Of a stretch of 64,000 nt of DNA, positions 51,040 to 63,184 are shown in pieces. The stretch's first letter is position 1. Every line of letters begins with the position of its first letter. The DNA comes from Octopus vulgaris (lineage: Eukaryota): positions 75,516,001 through 75,580,000 of the forward strand of contig OX597825.1 of assembly GCA_951406725.2 (NCBI GenBank), in the 5' to 3' direction. The notes beneath the pieces are model-generated. The model had not been told where the DNA came from, made no database searches, and saw nothing but the letters and a program-made list of their open reading frames with translations. The translations under genes and the position numbers were made by a program.

Positions 51040-52170
51040 TACAATTGACAGATATTTGTCCTCATCTTGTTTGTTGTGAACATAAAGTTTTGATTGATAT
51101 ACCCTCCAGCTTTCATCAGGTGTCTTTGGGAAATTTTGAACCTAGGATCATTCCTAAGGTATTTTTCGATGTTGTTATTATCATTACTATTATTATTATT
51201 CATGTCACTGCCTGGAATCAAACTTGGAATCTTGGGGTTAGTAGCCTGCGCACTTAACCACTATGCCATATGCCTGAGGGCAATTATGGAGTGAATTTTA
51301 GGGTTTATAAATCTAATATTCTCCTATCCTTCCTTAATACTGGTTCCCCTATGCTGTTCATATCTGCACTCAGTCTGATTAGGAGGTTGTTGTGTCCTAG
51401 CATATGTGCTGCTTCTTTTAGTTTTCGAATTTTCCAGTGTTGTTCTCTGTCTATTATTTTAACTTCATCCCATTGGGTGTAGGTGGTCTCCATTTTTCCA
51501 TACATAATCAGCTTTACATGATTTATCAATATCTCTCCACGTCACAGCTTTGCGATGTTCCTCTACCCTTATTTTGAGGGGGTGGCATGTTTCATCTTTG
51601 TATAACCTACCACAGTTCTTAGTCATATTCTCTTCTATTGGTGGTTTTACTCGAAGGAGATATTTGCAAAGTGTTGTACTACTCTTGAATATTGTCCTGA
51701 TGTCATATGGGCTGCATATCTTTTGTATCTTTTTGGAGAGGCCTTTTACAAAGGGTAGACAGATGTGTACAGTTTATCGGTTTCATCCTTTCTTTTGTTC
51801 ATAACTGGAGTGGAGAGTATGCTTTTGGGGTAGTTGTTGCTCATTAGATTGTTACTGAGCTTGATCATTTCTTCGTGGTGGGTATCACGATCACTACTAA
51901 GCAAACCCTCTCTTTACACTGTATGGATGGTGGGATTTGAAGTTGAGGTATCGTCCAGTGAAGGTCGGCTTGCAGTATACGGATGTCCTGAATCCATACT
52001 TGGTACATGTTATTAATATGTGCAGGAATGCTAGCTGATTGTCTTTCTCTTTTTCCATTGTGAACTGTATGGATGGCTTTATTGAGTTCACATGATCTAA
52101 CAGCACTTGGACATCTTCCTGGTGGGGGCCAGAGTATGAAGGTGTCATCAACATATCGCAGCCATAGGGT
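51040..52170 (-). mobile_element. Penelope/Poseidon-type PLE, degenerate 3' half
   Basis: RYVDD..IQFTMEKEKDNQLAFL..VYCKPTFTGRYLNFKSHHP; C-terminal WDEVKIIDREQHWKIRKLKEA; UTR with tRNA-like head and decayed HHR. Confidence 0.85.
51206..51275 (-). promoter_or_regulatory. tRNA-derived Pol III promoter cassette in the PLE 3' UTR
   Basis: TGGCATAGTGG (A box) and GTTTGATTCC (B box, one mismatch) at tRNA-like spacing. Confidence 0.6.
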
Positions 52171-52375
52171 TGGTTTTAGTGGTATTGATCCTAAAGCCGA
52201 ATTTTCAAAATACTCTGAAAACCCCTAATATCTTCACAACCACTTGTTCGATTTATGCAAATTTTGTTCTATTCCATTCATATTTACATTTCAGGGGAAC
52301 TTATTTCATAGTATTTTCCCATTATGCACCAGTTTTGCTGGATAACATTGGAAGCAAGCAATATATACACACATA

Positions 52376-52835
52376 TTGCCAGCTCTGTCTGGCCCCGTGT
52401 CGGTGGCACGTAAAAAGCACCATCCGTTCGTGTCCGTTGCCAGCATCGCCTGGCCCCGTGCCAGTGACACGTAAAAGCACCATGCGTTCGTGGCCGTTTG
52501 CCAGCTCTGTCTGGCCCCGTGTCGGTGGCACGTAAAAAGCACCATCCGTTCGTGTCCGTTGCCAGCATCGCCTGGCCCCGTGCCGGTGACACGTAAAAGC
52601 ACCATGCGTGCGTGGCCGTTTGGCAGCACTGTCTGGCACCTGTGCAGGTGGCACGTAAAAAACACCCACTACACTCGCGGAGTGGTTGGCGTTAGGAAGG
52701 GCATCCAGCCGTAGAAACACTGCCAGATCTGACTGGGCCTGACGAAGCCTTCCAGCTTCACAGACCCCAGTTGACCCGTCCAACCCATGCTAGCATGGAA
52801 AGCGGACGCTAAATGATGATGATGATGATGATGAT
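52376..52835 (+). mobile_element. RTE 3' UTR with ~61-bp alternating tandem repeat (A-B-A-B-A', period 122) and (GAT)n tail
   Basis: TTGCCAGC..CTGGCCCCGTG..GGTGRCACGTAAAA(A)GCACC repeated; tail matches 853-1120. Confidence 0.85.
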
Positions 52836-53220
52836 ATATTCTACGCTTAAATTTTCTTGCAACAAAATGTGAACTACAGTTTACCAATCTTGTCCCAATA
52901 ATGAAGGAAGTCAGCTTAATGCATCAGCTGGCAATAATGCCACTATTCTCTCCCCCACCCCTTGCTCACTCTTTGCATCCATCTACTGGTTGCATATCCT
53001 TTACTTTTTGCACACCCTATCTGTTAATCGCAAGCATTGCAAATATTACATATTTCTGAACTCCAAGAAGCGGGCATTGGATTTAAAAACAATGCATTAT
53101 CCCTTTCATTTCCATATAAATTTAATTTGCAAATATATAAATATTTATATTCTTAGACATGGGTGTTCATCATCTGAGTATTTACAGTTTTTATTTCTTT
53201 CCGTGTATTTCCCTATATAT

Positions 53221-53264
<44 letters not shown>

Positions 53265-53271
<7 letters not shown>

Positions 53272-53897
53272 GGTATTTAGGAATGGTCATTTTGCCAGTT
53301 TAGCCAATAAAAACACACGCACTATATATTTGGTGTTACTTTGCTTCAGTGTTATTTATTTTTTACATTAATCTTAATCTTATTTCGGCCAGAGTTCTTT
53401 CGTCACACTCCTGTGACCGCATCAGTGGTCCTTTGTTTTCTTCTTACTTATTTGTGTCTCTCCTGACTAACCGTCAGCCATTTTGTATTTCTATTGCATG
53501 TCTTCATTTGCGCATGCTTATATCTCTATGTGCGTTTATGTTTATTTAGTGTGTGTATGTGGGGGATGCCTGTAATATTTGTATCTTCTGTTTATATATG
53601 TTCATGTAATTTGTAATTTTATATGTTCATGTAGTTTGTATTTTGTATTTTGTATTTTGTTTTTTGTTTTGTTTTCTGTTTTTGTTGTTTTTGTTTATTC
53701 TTATTTTGTTCATGTGTTTACATCCACCCATTATTATCATTACATATGCTTGTATGTATGTATGTATGTATATATGTATGTATGTATGTATAACAACAAT
53801 ACTAGTAATAATAATAATAAATTGAATCGAAAAAAAAAATATACATATACATATACACGACTTCACATAAAAAATCTTGCACAACAAATATTTAAAC

Positions 53898-53898
<1 letters not shown>
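53265..53898 (-). mobile_element. Short copy of the 16-20 kb PLE: antisense 3' UTR (53265-53854) plus inverted tail (53855-53898)
   Basis: Sequence matches 16102-16640 and 20700-20743; (TA)n on both sides. Confidence 0.9.
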
Positions 53899-53952
<54 letters not shown>

Positions 53953-53970
53953 TATGTATGTATTTATGTA

Positions 53971-54820
53971 TGTATATACTACATATGTGGGAAATTCTGT
54001 CTGTGGGTGTGTTTGTGGAGTTGTTAGCTAACTCATCCTACATCATTTTATCAATTTTGATGACACTTGACATATGAGTAGAACTCATGCCTAGAAACCT
54101 CATGGCATACTCAAATTGTTAAAAAAATTGATAATAGGGACCCTGGAAGGGATCCTTATATCTAGCCAAGGGAAATAACCCATTTATTTTCCTAAATTAT
54201 TTGGTAAAAATGAAATTGAGTATGCTTATTTCTTATTATTTGAAATGTTAAAGTTGTTTTCGCAATTTATCCAATACTACCTTTAAACAAGTAAATAGTA
54301 TTTTCCTAAACAATAGATTCACTTATTTTGGTTAGTGACTTATTCATGAATATACCAACACTAGCATCCCTGAAGGTAATATTCTCTGGGAACACAAAAA
54401 AGCCCTTTTCAGAGTTATTTACTTTGAATTGTTATTATCGCATATCTGATTAGCCAGTTATTATGTAACATGCTTCATGATTTCAGTATACATACCTTAT
54501 TAGTATTTCCTCCTATGTTATATATACTCTGAGAATGCATTAAAGCACTTTTCAGAGCTACTTTATTTGAATTCTTACTATCGGCTAACTAATTTCATGT
54601 CATTACATAACTGACCTCACAATTTAGGTATTCATAACTTATTGGGAAGTCCTAAAAACGAGATCCTGTCTAAGAGAGTTCAGTATTCTCTGTAAATGCA
54701 CAAAACCTGTTTTAAGGGCTATATACTTTGTATTGTTGTTATTGGATTAGTGAAACAATTATGAGAACGGAACCAAGGGGCAAGCTCCACTTACCCGGGA
54801 ATTACCAGGTACGTCAGCTA

Positions 54821-54821
<1 letters not shown>
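53971..54821 (+). mobile_element. Non-autonomous Helitron with internal ~145-bp degenerate repeats
   Basis: 3' ACCCGGG..CCAGGT hairpin then CTAG|T; TTTTCAGAG..TTTGAATT..TTATCG block repeated. Confidence 0.55.
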
Positions 54822-54853
<32 letters not shown>

Positions 54854-54854
<1 letters not shown>

Positions 54855-55282
54855 GTTTAAATATTTGTTGTGCAAGATTTTTTATGTGAAGTCGTGTGTT
54901 GAAACAGATATTGTTATATTTCGGAATGGTCATATTGCCAGTTTAGTCAATAAAAACACACGCACTATATATTTGGTGTTATTTTGCTTCAGTGATATTT
55001 ATTTTTTACATTAATCTTAATCTTATTTCGGCCAAAGTTCTTTCGTCACACTCCTGTGACCGCATCAGTGGTCCTTTGTTTTCTTCTCACTTAGTAAGGA
55101 GAGACACAAATAAGTGAGAAGAAAACAAAGGACCACTGATGCGGTCACAGGAGTGTGACGAAAGAACTTTGGCCGAAATAAGATTAAGATTAATGTAAAA
55201 AATAAATATCACTGAAGCAAAATAACACCAAATATATAGTGCGTGTGTTTTTATTGACTAAACTGGCAATATGACCATTCCG

Positions 55283-55289
<7 letters not shown>
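54854..55289. repeat. Fold-back copy of the same PLE terminus (arms 54916-55093 / 55111-55288; one-sided tail 54854-54915)
   Basis: Arms read as exact reverse complements, including a private variant (TTTAGTCAA/TTGACTAAA); (TA)n flanks. Confidence 0.92.
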
Positions 55290-55315
<26 letters not shown>

Positions 55316-55580
55316 TAAAACTTACTTGGAAAAGGATGCATGGCATTCGATCACATAATAATATAAATAATATATAAATATATGCATGTATACATATATA
55401 TATATATGTACATACATACATATATATGTATATATACATGCATATATGGGTGCAGGACATCAAAAAAATGTTGAACACAATGAGAAACGAAAACAGAAAC
55501 AAAAACAGAGAAACAAGACATACAGCATACAGAATATTCCCCTTCTTCAGTTGTCCCTGTTTCATCTACTCCATGTTTCG

Positions 55581-55627
<47 letters not shown>

Positions 55628-55673
55628 ATATATATATGCATATATATATGTGTGTGTGTGTGTATACACACAC

Positions 55674-55721
<48 letters not shown>

Positions 55722-55742
55722 GTATGTATATATATATATATG

Positions 55743-57667
55743 TATAAGGGTGGAAAGGAACACACGAGTTGATATATATGAAAAAACAAGTCAAAAATAG
55801 AAAATGCTAAGATAATTTTATAGTGAATCTTTCAGTACCGGTTTCGGTCATTTTGAGACCTTTTCAACTGTAACGATTAAATAATTAAATTTAGAAAAAT
55901 TAGAAGAAAAGTTTTTTTAAAAGAATATTTCTGTAGTAGTGTTCAGATATAAGTAGCATTCTGCCTTTCTCTGACTCCCTTGTTTGCACTTGTGTGTTCG
56001 AGGTCGTTTTGAGTTCTTGGTAGGATAGGTGAAGAATAATGAGGCTGATGTGGAGAGGGGGTGGGGAAATCTGTGAATGCCTTAATGGTCGTATTTTGAA
56101 TGGTCAGTGGCTGACAGTAGTCGCAGTTCAATTCAGGAATTGTTTATGGAATTTGCGTAGGCATTATACTGAAAGACATTAGTGACAAGGTTAAGGGGTA
56201 GAAGGTGGAGAAGTAGAAGAAGAAGAAGATGACGATGTTGATGATGAGGATGATGAAGAAGAAGAAGAAGAAGAAGGAGAAGGAGAAGGAGAAGATGGTG
56301 GTGATGATGGTGGTGATGATGATGACGACGATGATGATGAAGAAGAAGAGGAAGAAGAAGAAGAAGAAAAAAACAGAGAAGGGAGAATATGAATGGGTGT
56401 AAGTATAGCTGTGATGGGGCTGATTAATAATGGATTCTATGGAGTGTAATATTTGTGTGTGTATATATTTCTTTTATTCTAAAGTTGAGGTATATTAATT
56501 GTTTGTCGTAGACCCGTTAAGAAGTGGCTTGTATTTTGTAATAAAGAGATTTTCTTTACTTATTCGTTGTCTCGAGGTTGTATTGTCCCTAAATTGGTAG
56601 AGGGGGAAAATTCTGAAGTTTGGTGTTTTTTTGTTGGCGCAAGTATCTATGTGTTGGCTAAAAGCTATTTTTCTGTTTTGGGGAATTTTTATCTGGGATC
56701 TGTGCAGGGCCATTCGTTTACGCAAACCATTTTTTGTTTGGCCTATGTACTGCTCTTGACACCCGGAGCAGGTTAGTGAGTATATTAGGTTCTCCGAAGC
56801 ACATGTGAAGTTGCTTTTCACTGTAAACCGTTGTCCCTGTTTGAAGGAGAACTCTGATCCCTCAATTAGATAGTCGCATATCCCGCAATTGGGTCTTCCA
56901 CATTTTTTTACTGTCGGCTTCTGTGTTGAAGAGTGAATTCGGGCTTGTGTAAGGAGACTTTTCATGGATCTAGGCTGTCTTTTGCTTTTTATGATCGTGT
57001 GTGTTTGGAGGATTGTGTTCATTCTGTGGTCTTTTTTTAGGAGGGGGATGTTGTGGAGGATGGTGTCGAAGGCTTCGTTATTGAGAGGGTTGTGTGTGGA
57101 GATGTATGGTAAGGCTTTTGGTTGTAAGTTTTTCTTTGATTTGGGATGTCTCAGTTCCTTGATGTTAAGTTGAAGGGCACGTTGAATGCACTTGTCAATA
57201 AGTGAAGGTGGATAGTTCCTGGTGATAAGGGTATCTTTTGGTTCTTGTAGTCGTGTGTCTCTGGTGTTTGCGTTAGAGACTATAGTGCATATCCTTTTGC
57301 TAGATTGAAGGGGATATTCATCCTGGTGTGTCTGGGGTGGCATGAATTGAATGGAAGATATTGCTTAGAGTCTGTAGGCTTATAGTATATGTCTGTTTCT
57401 ATTATATTATTAGCTTTCTTAATGAGGATATCGAGGAAGGCGAGTTGTTGTTGGCTATATTCCATCGTGAATTGGATGTTTACGTCCAGTCCGTTTAAAA
57501 TTTTCTGGAATTCTATGAGTTTTTCTATATTTTTATGCCAAAGGATGAAACAGTCATCTAGATATCAGTCTGTATCGTAAGGTTCTAGAAAGATATGGCA
57601 GCCCTTTCTCCATCTACATAGAAAACAACTGGAAGAGATATCTAGATGACTGTTTCATCCTTTGGCA
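55743..57667 (-). mobile_element. Neptune-type PLE copy 2, 5'-truncated with a short 5' inversion (57567-57667)
   Basis: ORFs 57280-57465 + 56495-57343 (frameshift) match copy 1; plus-strand LYRKVLERYGSPFSIYIENNWKRYLDDCFILW. Confidence 0.92.
55833..55870 (-). ncRNA. Minimal hammerhead with U3:A8 core variant (copy 2)
   Basis: CAG-UUGAAAA-GGUC(ucaaaau)GACC-GAAA-CCG-GUA-CUG. Confidence 0.7.
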
Positions 57668-58530
57668 CATAGAGGTGCAATGGAAGCTTTTGATAAGACC
57701 TTACAGGACATAAGAGGCAACAATAAATCTATGGGAGGAGTTACATTAGTTTTATCAGGCGACTTCAAGCAGACATTATCAGTCATTCTGAGAGGAACAA
57801 GATCTGATGAAATTAAAGAAGCATTAAGTCTTCACACCTATGGAATAAAGTACAGAAATTCTCCTTCAATACTAACATGTGAAGTTTATTACATGAGGAC
57901 CAATGTGCAGAACAGTTTTTAACTTGGCTCTTCCAATTAGAAAGTGAGAAAGTACAATTTGATGGGAATGGTGATATCAATTTGGCTCATATTGTTATCA
58001 TGATGAATTCTCCAGCTGAATTGAAGAACAGGGTATTTTCAGACTTGAGTAATAATTATAATTCACATAAAATTTTATGTGAAAGGACAATTCTTGCTCC
58101 AAAAATGAAACAGTTGCAAGGATTAACCAACAGTCATTAAGGAGTAAAAATCAGTTGATTCAGTCCTTGATCAAAATCAAGCTGTCCATTATCCAACAGA
58201 GTTCTTTAGTGCTCTTGAACCACCTGAAATTCCTCCACATAAACTTCTTCTGAGGGTAGGAGTCCTAATAGTGCTTCTAAGAAATTTAGATCCTCCTAAA
58301 TTATGTGATGGGACAAGGTTGATTGTGAAGACATTATCACCTAATGTAATAGAAGTTACCATCATCACCGGATGTGCCACTGGGGAAGAGGTTTTCATTC
58401 CAAGAATTGCAATCAAAGCAACAGACATGCCATTTGAGTTCAAATGAACACAGTTCCCAGTGCAACTTTGCTTCTCAATGACTATTAATAAAACTCAAGG
58501 TAAGACTTTGAAATCTATTGGCATTGCAGC
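57662..58530 (+). mobile_element. Helitron PIF1-type helicase fragment (pseudogenised)
   Basis: GGVTLVLSGDFKQTL, PPHKLLLRVG..VLLRNLDPPKLCDGTRL, FIPRI, QFPVQLCFSMTINKTQG. Confidence 0.9.
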
Positions 58531-58875
58531 TGTGATGATTCGAAAACACAAAACCTAATAACCTAACAGTATATCTTTTATATCTCTCTGATGAGATTTT
58601 GCCTAATATAATGATTTAATAAATGCTATTTTGATCTTTAGGTTTAATTGAAATGGTTGTTAGAGTGTATGTTGGATTTTCGCAGATAATAAATTTTTAA
58701 TTTTATTAAATGTTATATCTCCATTTTCGTAATTTTCTTTTGAATGACTATAAACCATGATTTATATTTAGACCTATCATTGTGTGAATATTATTATTCA
58801 CAAATATTAGGTAATGAGCGAGTAATTCATTTGATATTACTATCCCTTAATGAGGCTAATTTTACCACTAACTGA

Positions 58876-58917
<42 letters not shown>

Positions 58918-58980
58918 TATATAATGCATATATATATATATAATATGTGTATATATATATACGTATATACATACATATAT

Positions 58981-61030
58981 CACCATCATCATCATCATCG
59001 TTTAATGTTTGTCTTCCATGTTGGCATGGGTTGGATGGTTTGACTTAGGACTGGTAAGCTAGGAGGCTCCATTAGGCTCCAATCTGATCTGGAAAGGTTT
59101 CTACAGCAGGATGCCCTCCCTAGTGCCAAAGAGTGTAGTGGGTGCTTCTTACATGTCACTAGCATGGGAGCCAGTCAGGTGGCACTAGTATCGACCACGC
59201 TCGATTGATGTTTTTTACATGCCACCAGCATGGGTGCCACTCAGGCAGCACTGGCATTGGCCACAGCTATGATTTCACTTGACTCAACAGGTCTTCTCAA
59301 ACACAGCATATTGCCCAACAATTGAAGGGTACTTTTAGATGGGCTCACTAGTTATTTGACACTGGCATCAGCCATGGCTACAATCTCACTTGGCTTTCCA
59401 GGTCCTCTCAAGCACAACATATCTCTGAAGGTCTTGGTCACATGTCATTGCTTCTGTAAGGCCCAACGTTTGATGGTTGAGCTGCACAACCTCATCCCAG
59501 GTTTTTCTGGGTCTACTTCTTCCACAGGTTCTCTCCACTGTTATGGTGTGACACTTCTTCACATAGCTGTCCCCACACATAATTAACATATAACCATATC
59601 AGCACAGTCGTTGCTCTTGCACACCGCATCTGATGCTTATTATGTCTAACTTTTCTCTCATGGCGCTTACACTTTGTTATGTATGCACACTGACATTACA
59701 CATCCAGAAGAGCTTACTGGCTTCAATTCTTGCAAGCTTGTGCATGTCCTCAGTGGTCACAGCCCATGTTTCACTGCCATGTAGCATGGCTGTTTGCACA
59801 CATGCATCATACAGTCTACCTTTCACTCTGAGCAAGCGGCCTTTTGTTACCAGCAGAGGTAGGAGCTCTCTGACCTTTTCCCAGCATATTCTTATTCTAG
59901 CAGCTATGCTCTCAGAGCATCCACCTCTGCTACTACCTTGGGCACCTAAGTAATGGAAGCTATCAACTACTTCTATTTTTCCCCCTGGCATGTGATAGAA
60001 TCTGTTTACTGTACACCTTTGGTGTTTATTGCCCCTATGCATCTACCACACACAAAAACTGTCTTCCCACTTAACCTTTATTTGATATTGTGTTAACTCT
60101 TATGTGTCCATAGCTACATCAGGTGCATCTTATGGAGTTTCTACCTGTACTTTTTCTACAGATCAGGCAGGCCATCTACCTGGTGGGATTTGTGATTTGT
60201 TGCTTTCCTATTAAGACTTTGATTTTTGCTAGATTGACTCTAAGGCCCTTCGATTCTAATCCTTCTTTCCACACCTGAAACTTCTCTAGTTCTGATAGTG
60301 ACTCAGCAATTAGAGCAAGGTCATCAGCATAGAGAAGCTCCCAGGGTCATCTTGTCTTGAATTCCTCTGTTATTGCCTGGAAGACTATGATAAATAGGAG
60401 AGGGCTAAGGACTGAACCTTGGTGTACCCCTACTTCCACCCAGAATCCTTCACTGTACTCGTTGCCAACCCTCACCTTACTGACAGCGTCCCTGTACATG
60501 GCTTGCATGGCTCTCACTAACCATTCATCCATCCTTAGTTTCCTCATTGACCACCAGATAAGGGATTGAGGGACCCTGTCAAAGGCTTTCTCCATGTCAA
60601 CAAAAGCCAGGTACAGAGGTTTGTCTTTGGCCAGGTATTTCTCCTGCAGCTGTCTTACCAGAAATATAGCATCAGTGGTGCTTTTCCCTGGCACAAACCC
60701 AAACTGCATCTCATCTAAGCTGACTCTCTCCCCAATTAGTTGGGCTATGACCCTCTCTGTGACCTTCATTACCTTATCTAACAACTTGATGCCTCAGTAA
60801 TTATTTGTATCTAAAGCGTCATCTTTTCCTTTGTAGCAGTTGACTATAGTGCTGCTACACCAGTCATTGGGTATGACTCCTTCGTGTATCACCTGGTTAA
60901 CTATACGGGTGACTAGGCAATAGCCGACCCTGCCAGATATTTTGAGCATCTCTGCAGTGATTCCTGATGGGCTGGGGGCTTTCCATGTCTTCTTACTCTT
61001 AATTGCTTTATCTACCAAGGTACTGTCAAC
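58981..61030 (-). mobile_element. RTE-clade LINE ~2-kb 3' portion
   Basis: QFGFVPGKSTTDAIF..DMEKAFDRVP..GVHQGSVLSPLLF, ELLYADD, LHGSETW, shared tail. Confidence 0.92.
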
Positions 61031-61074
61031 TAGCTTTGAAAGGGCCCTCCAATCTCAATATATATATATACATA

Positions 61075-62354
61075 TTAGGTTAGCAACTAAGTTCCCACCG
61101 TTTTTTTAAATAAAAATTTTTTAAAAGGCTTAATAAAAAATAACAACTAATTAATCAATAATGTATTCACCCTTGTTGTTTACAACTTCTTCCCAATGTT
61201 CACCAAGATTTTCTATACTTCATTGGTAAAAATCACCCGATTTCGACTCGAAAAATTGATCCAACGAAGCTCTTAATTCTGCATCAGTATTGAATGAAAC
61301 TCCACGCATAGCATTTGAAAGGGATCAAAAGACGTGGAAATCCATTGGTGCCAAATCAGGAGAGTATAGCAGGTGTGCAGCACTTCCCAGCCATGTGTTT
61401 GAATGGCTTCCTTGGTCATATTGGCAATATGAGGGCGGGTGTTGTCGTGCAGCAGAAGAACTCCATGCTGCCGATTAGGTCTTTTCTCTTGGATAGCTGT
61501 GTTGAGTTGTTCCATCTGTTCAACATAGAGTTCCACGTTGACCGTTTGGTTCCTTTCAAGCAATTTGTAATGGATAATCCCTTTCCAGTACCACCATACG
61601 CACAACATCATTTTACATGGATGAAGATCTTGTTTCACACACGGTGTCACTTGTTTATCGGGGCTAAGCCATTCCTTACGCTGCTTCATATTGATGTACA
61701 GGCACTGTTTTTCGTTGCCAGTAATGGTTCGGTAAAGAAATTGTTGCTTGCATCCATGAGTTGAGCAGTGACGAGCAAGAAACTAACGTAGATTGTGGCT
61801 TGTTAATTTTTGTTGCATGCGGAACCCATGCTCTATACTTCTGAACCTTTCCATCGAGTGAAGATGCTTCTCTATAGCAGTGTAGGAGCATTCCATTTTC
61901 TCTGCCAGTTTCTTTGTTGTTTGATGAGAATTTCCGTGCAAAAGTTGGTTTAATCGCTCTTCATCGAACTCAACTGGATGGCCATAATGAAGTGCATCTT
62001 TGAGGTCAAAATTTCCATTTTTGAACTTCGCATACCTATCATGAGCAGTTCTTTAAGCTATGACACCTTCTCCATACACAACATAAATGTCACGAGCAGC
62101 TTTTGCAGCCTTAGAACCTTGATTAAAAGCAAAACGAAGGAGGTGTTGAAAATGCTTGTTTTTCTTAACTTGACATTCCATTTTAATGATCTGAAAATAA
62201 ACAAAAATTAACTAAAATTAACTAGAAAAAAAAAACAGAATAGATTCCAAAATGATTCAAAAATAGAATTCTCTAAAAAAATAGATTCCAAAATTTAAAA
62301 ACACAATAAATTCCAAAATTTAAAAAAATGGCAGAAACTTAGTTGTCAACCCAA
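61075..62354 (-). mobile_element. Near full-length mariner element (~1.28 kb), transposase decayed
   Basis: TIRs TTAGGTTAGCAACTAAGTT / AACTTAGTTGTCAACCCAA; WVPH, MLCVWW..KGIIHY, LLHDNTRPH. Confidence 0.9.
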
Positions 62355-63060
62355 ATATCTCTATAATATAAATTGGACATGGTCAATCATTGTATCCTTT
62401 CTTGTCTTGCGGTTCACAGCCAAACGGCTGGGTGGATTCACGTGGAAAATGGCACACATGCGAAGACAGGTACATAGATTGGAATGTGGTTTGTAATTTT
62501 TTTCTTGCCCACATACTTACTGAGAAAATCGATTAAAACCTTTTCTAATGGAATTCCCCTGTTTGTTCAGCCATTAAAACATCCAGTTGCTCACACAGCC
62601 GGCATATACCATTTCACTAGCAACAAGGGGAGTACAGCATGACAGTCAGCCAAAACTTTCACTACACTGTCTCTCTTCTTTCACCTCTTTGTGAGCTAAA
62701 TAATCTTAATCTTTAGTTACAGTTTCTCATTCAAATTACATAATAGACAGAATTGATGGATTAAGACAGTAGGGTGTTTTGTGGGAGATTTGGCTGCTAT
62801 TTCTACCAGGTCTACCTACCATGTAGAGGTCTGAACTTAATTTTCATTCACATATTTGCATTTCAAAAATTTAACATAATCTTTTCCATTAATCAACTAT
62901 CGTAAAAATTTTATATGATGACCTCACATTTTCTATGCATGTGTGTGTACCTTAAAAGACATCAGTCATCACAACACTCACCTTCACTCACTCACTTTAT
63001 CTCTCTTTCTCACCCTCTTTTTCTCTCACATACACACGCACACACACACGTGCACACACA

Positions 63061-63115
<55 letters not shown>

Positions 63116-63184
63116 ACATACGTACATACACATATCCATTTCATATATCTTCTTTCAATTTCTGCTCTCTGCAAATAAAATTTT

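Noticed and set aside
52376-52660. CRISPR-like array
   Set aside because: Units are contiguous tandem repeats without unique spacers, inside a LINE UTR in eukaryotic DNA; no cas genes
57662-58530. Host PIF1 helicase gene
   Set aside because: Intronless, with stops and frameshifts, and motif wording typical of Helitron RepHel
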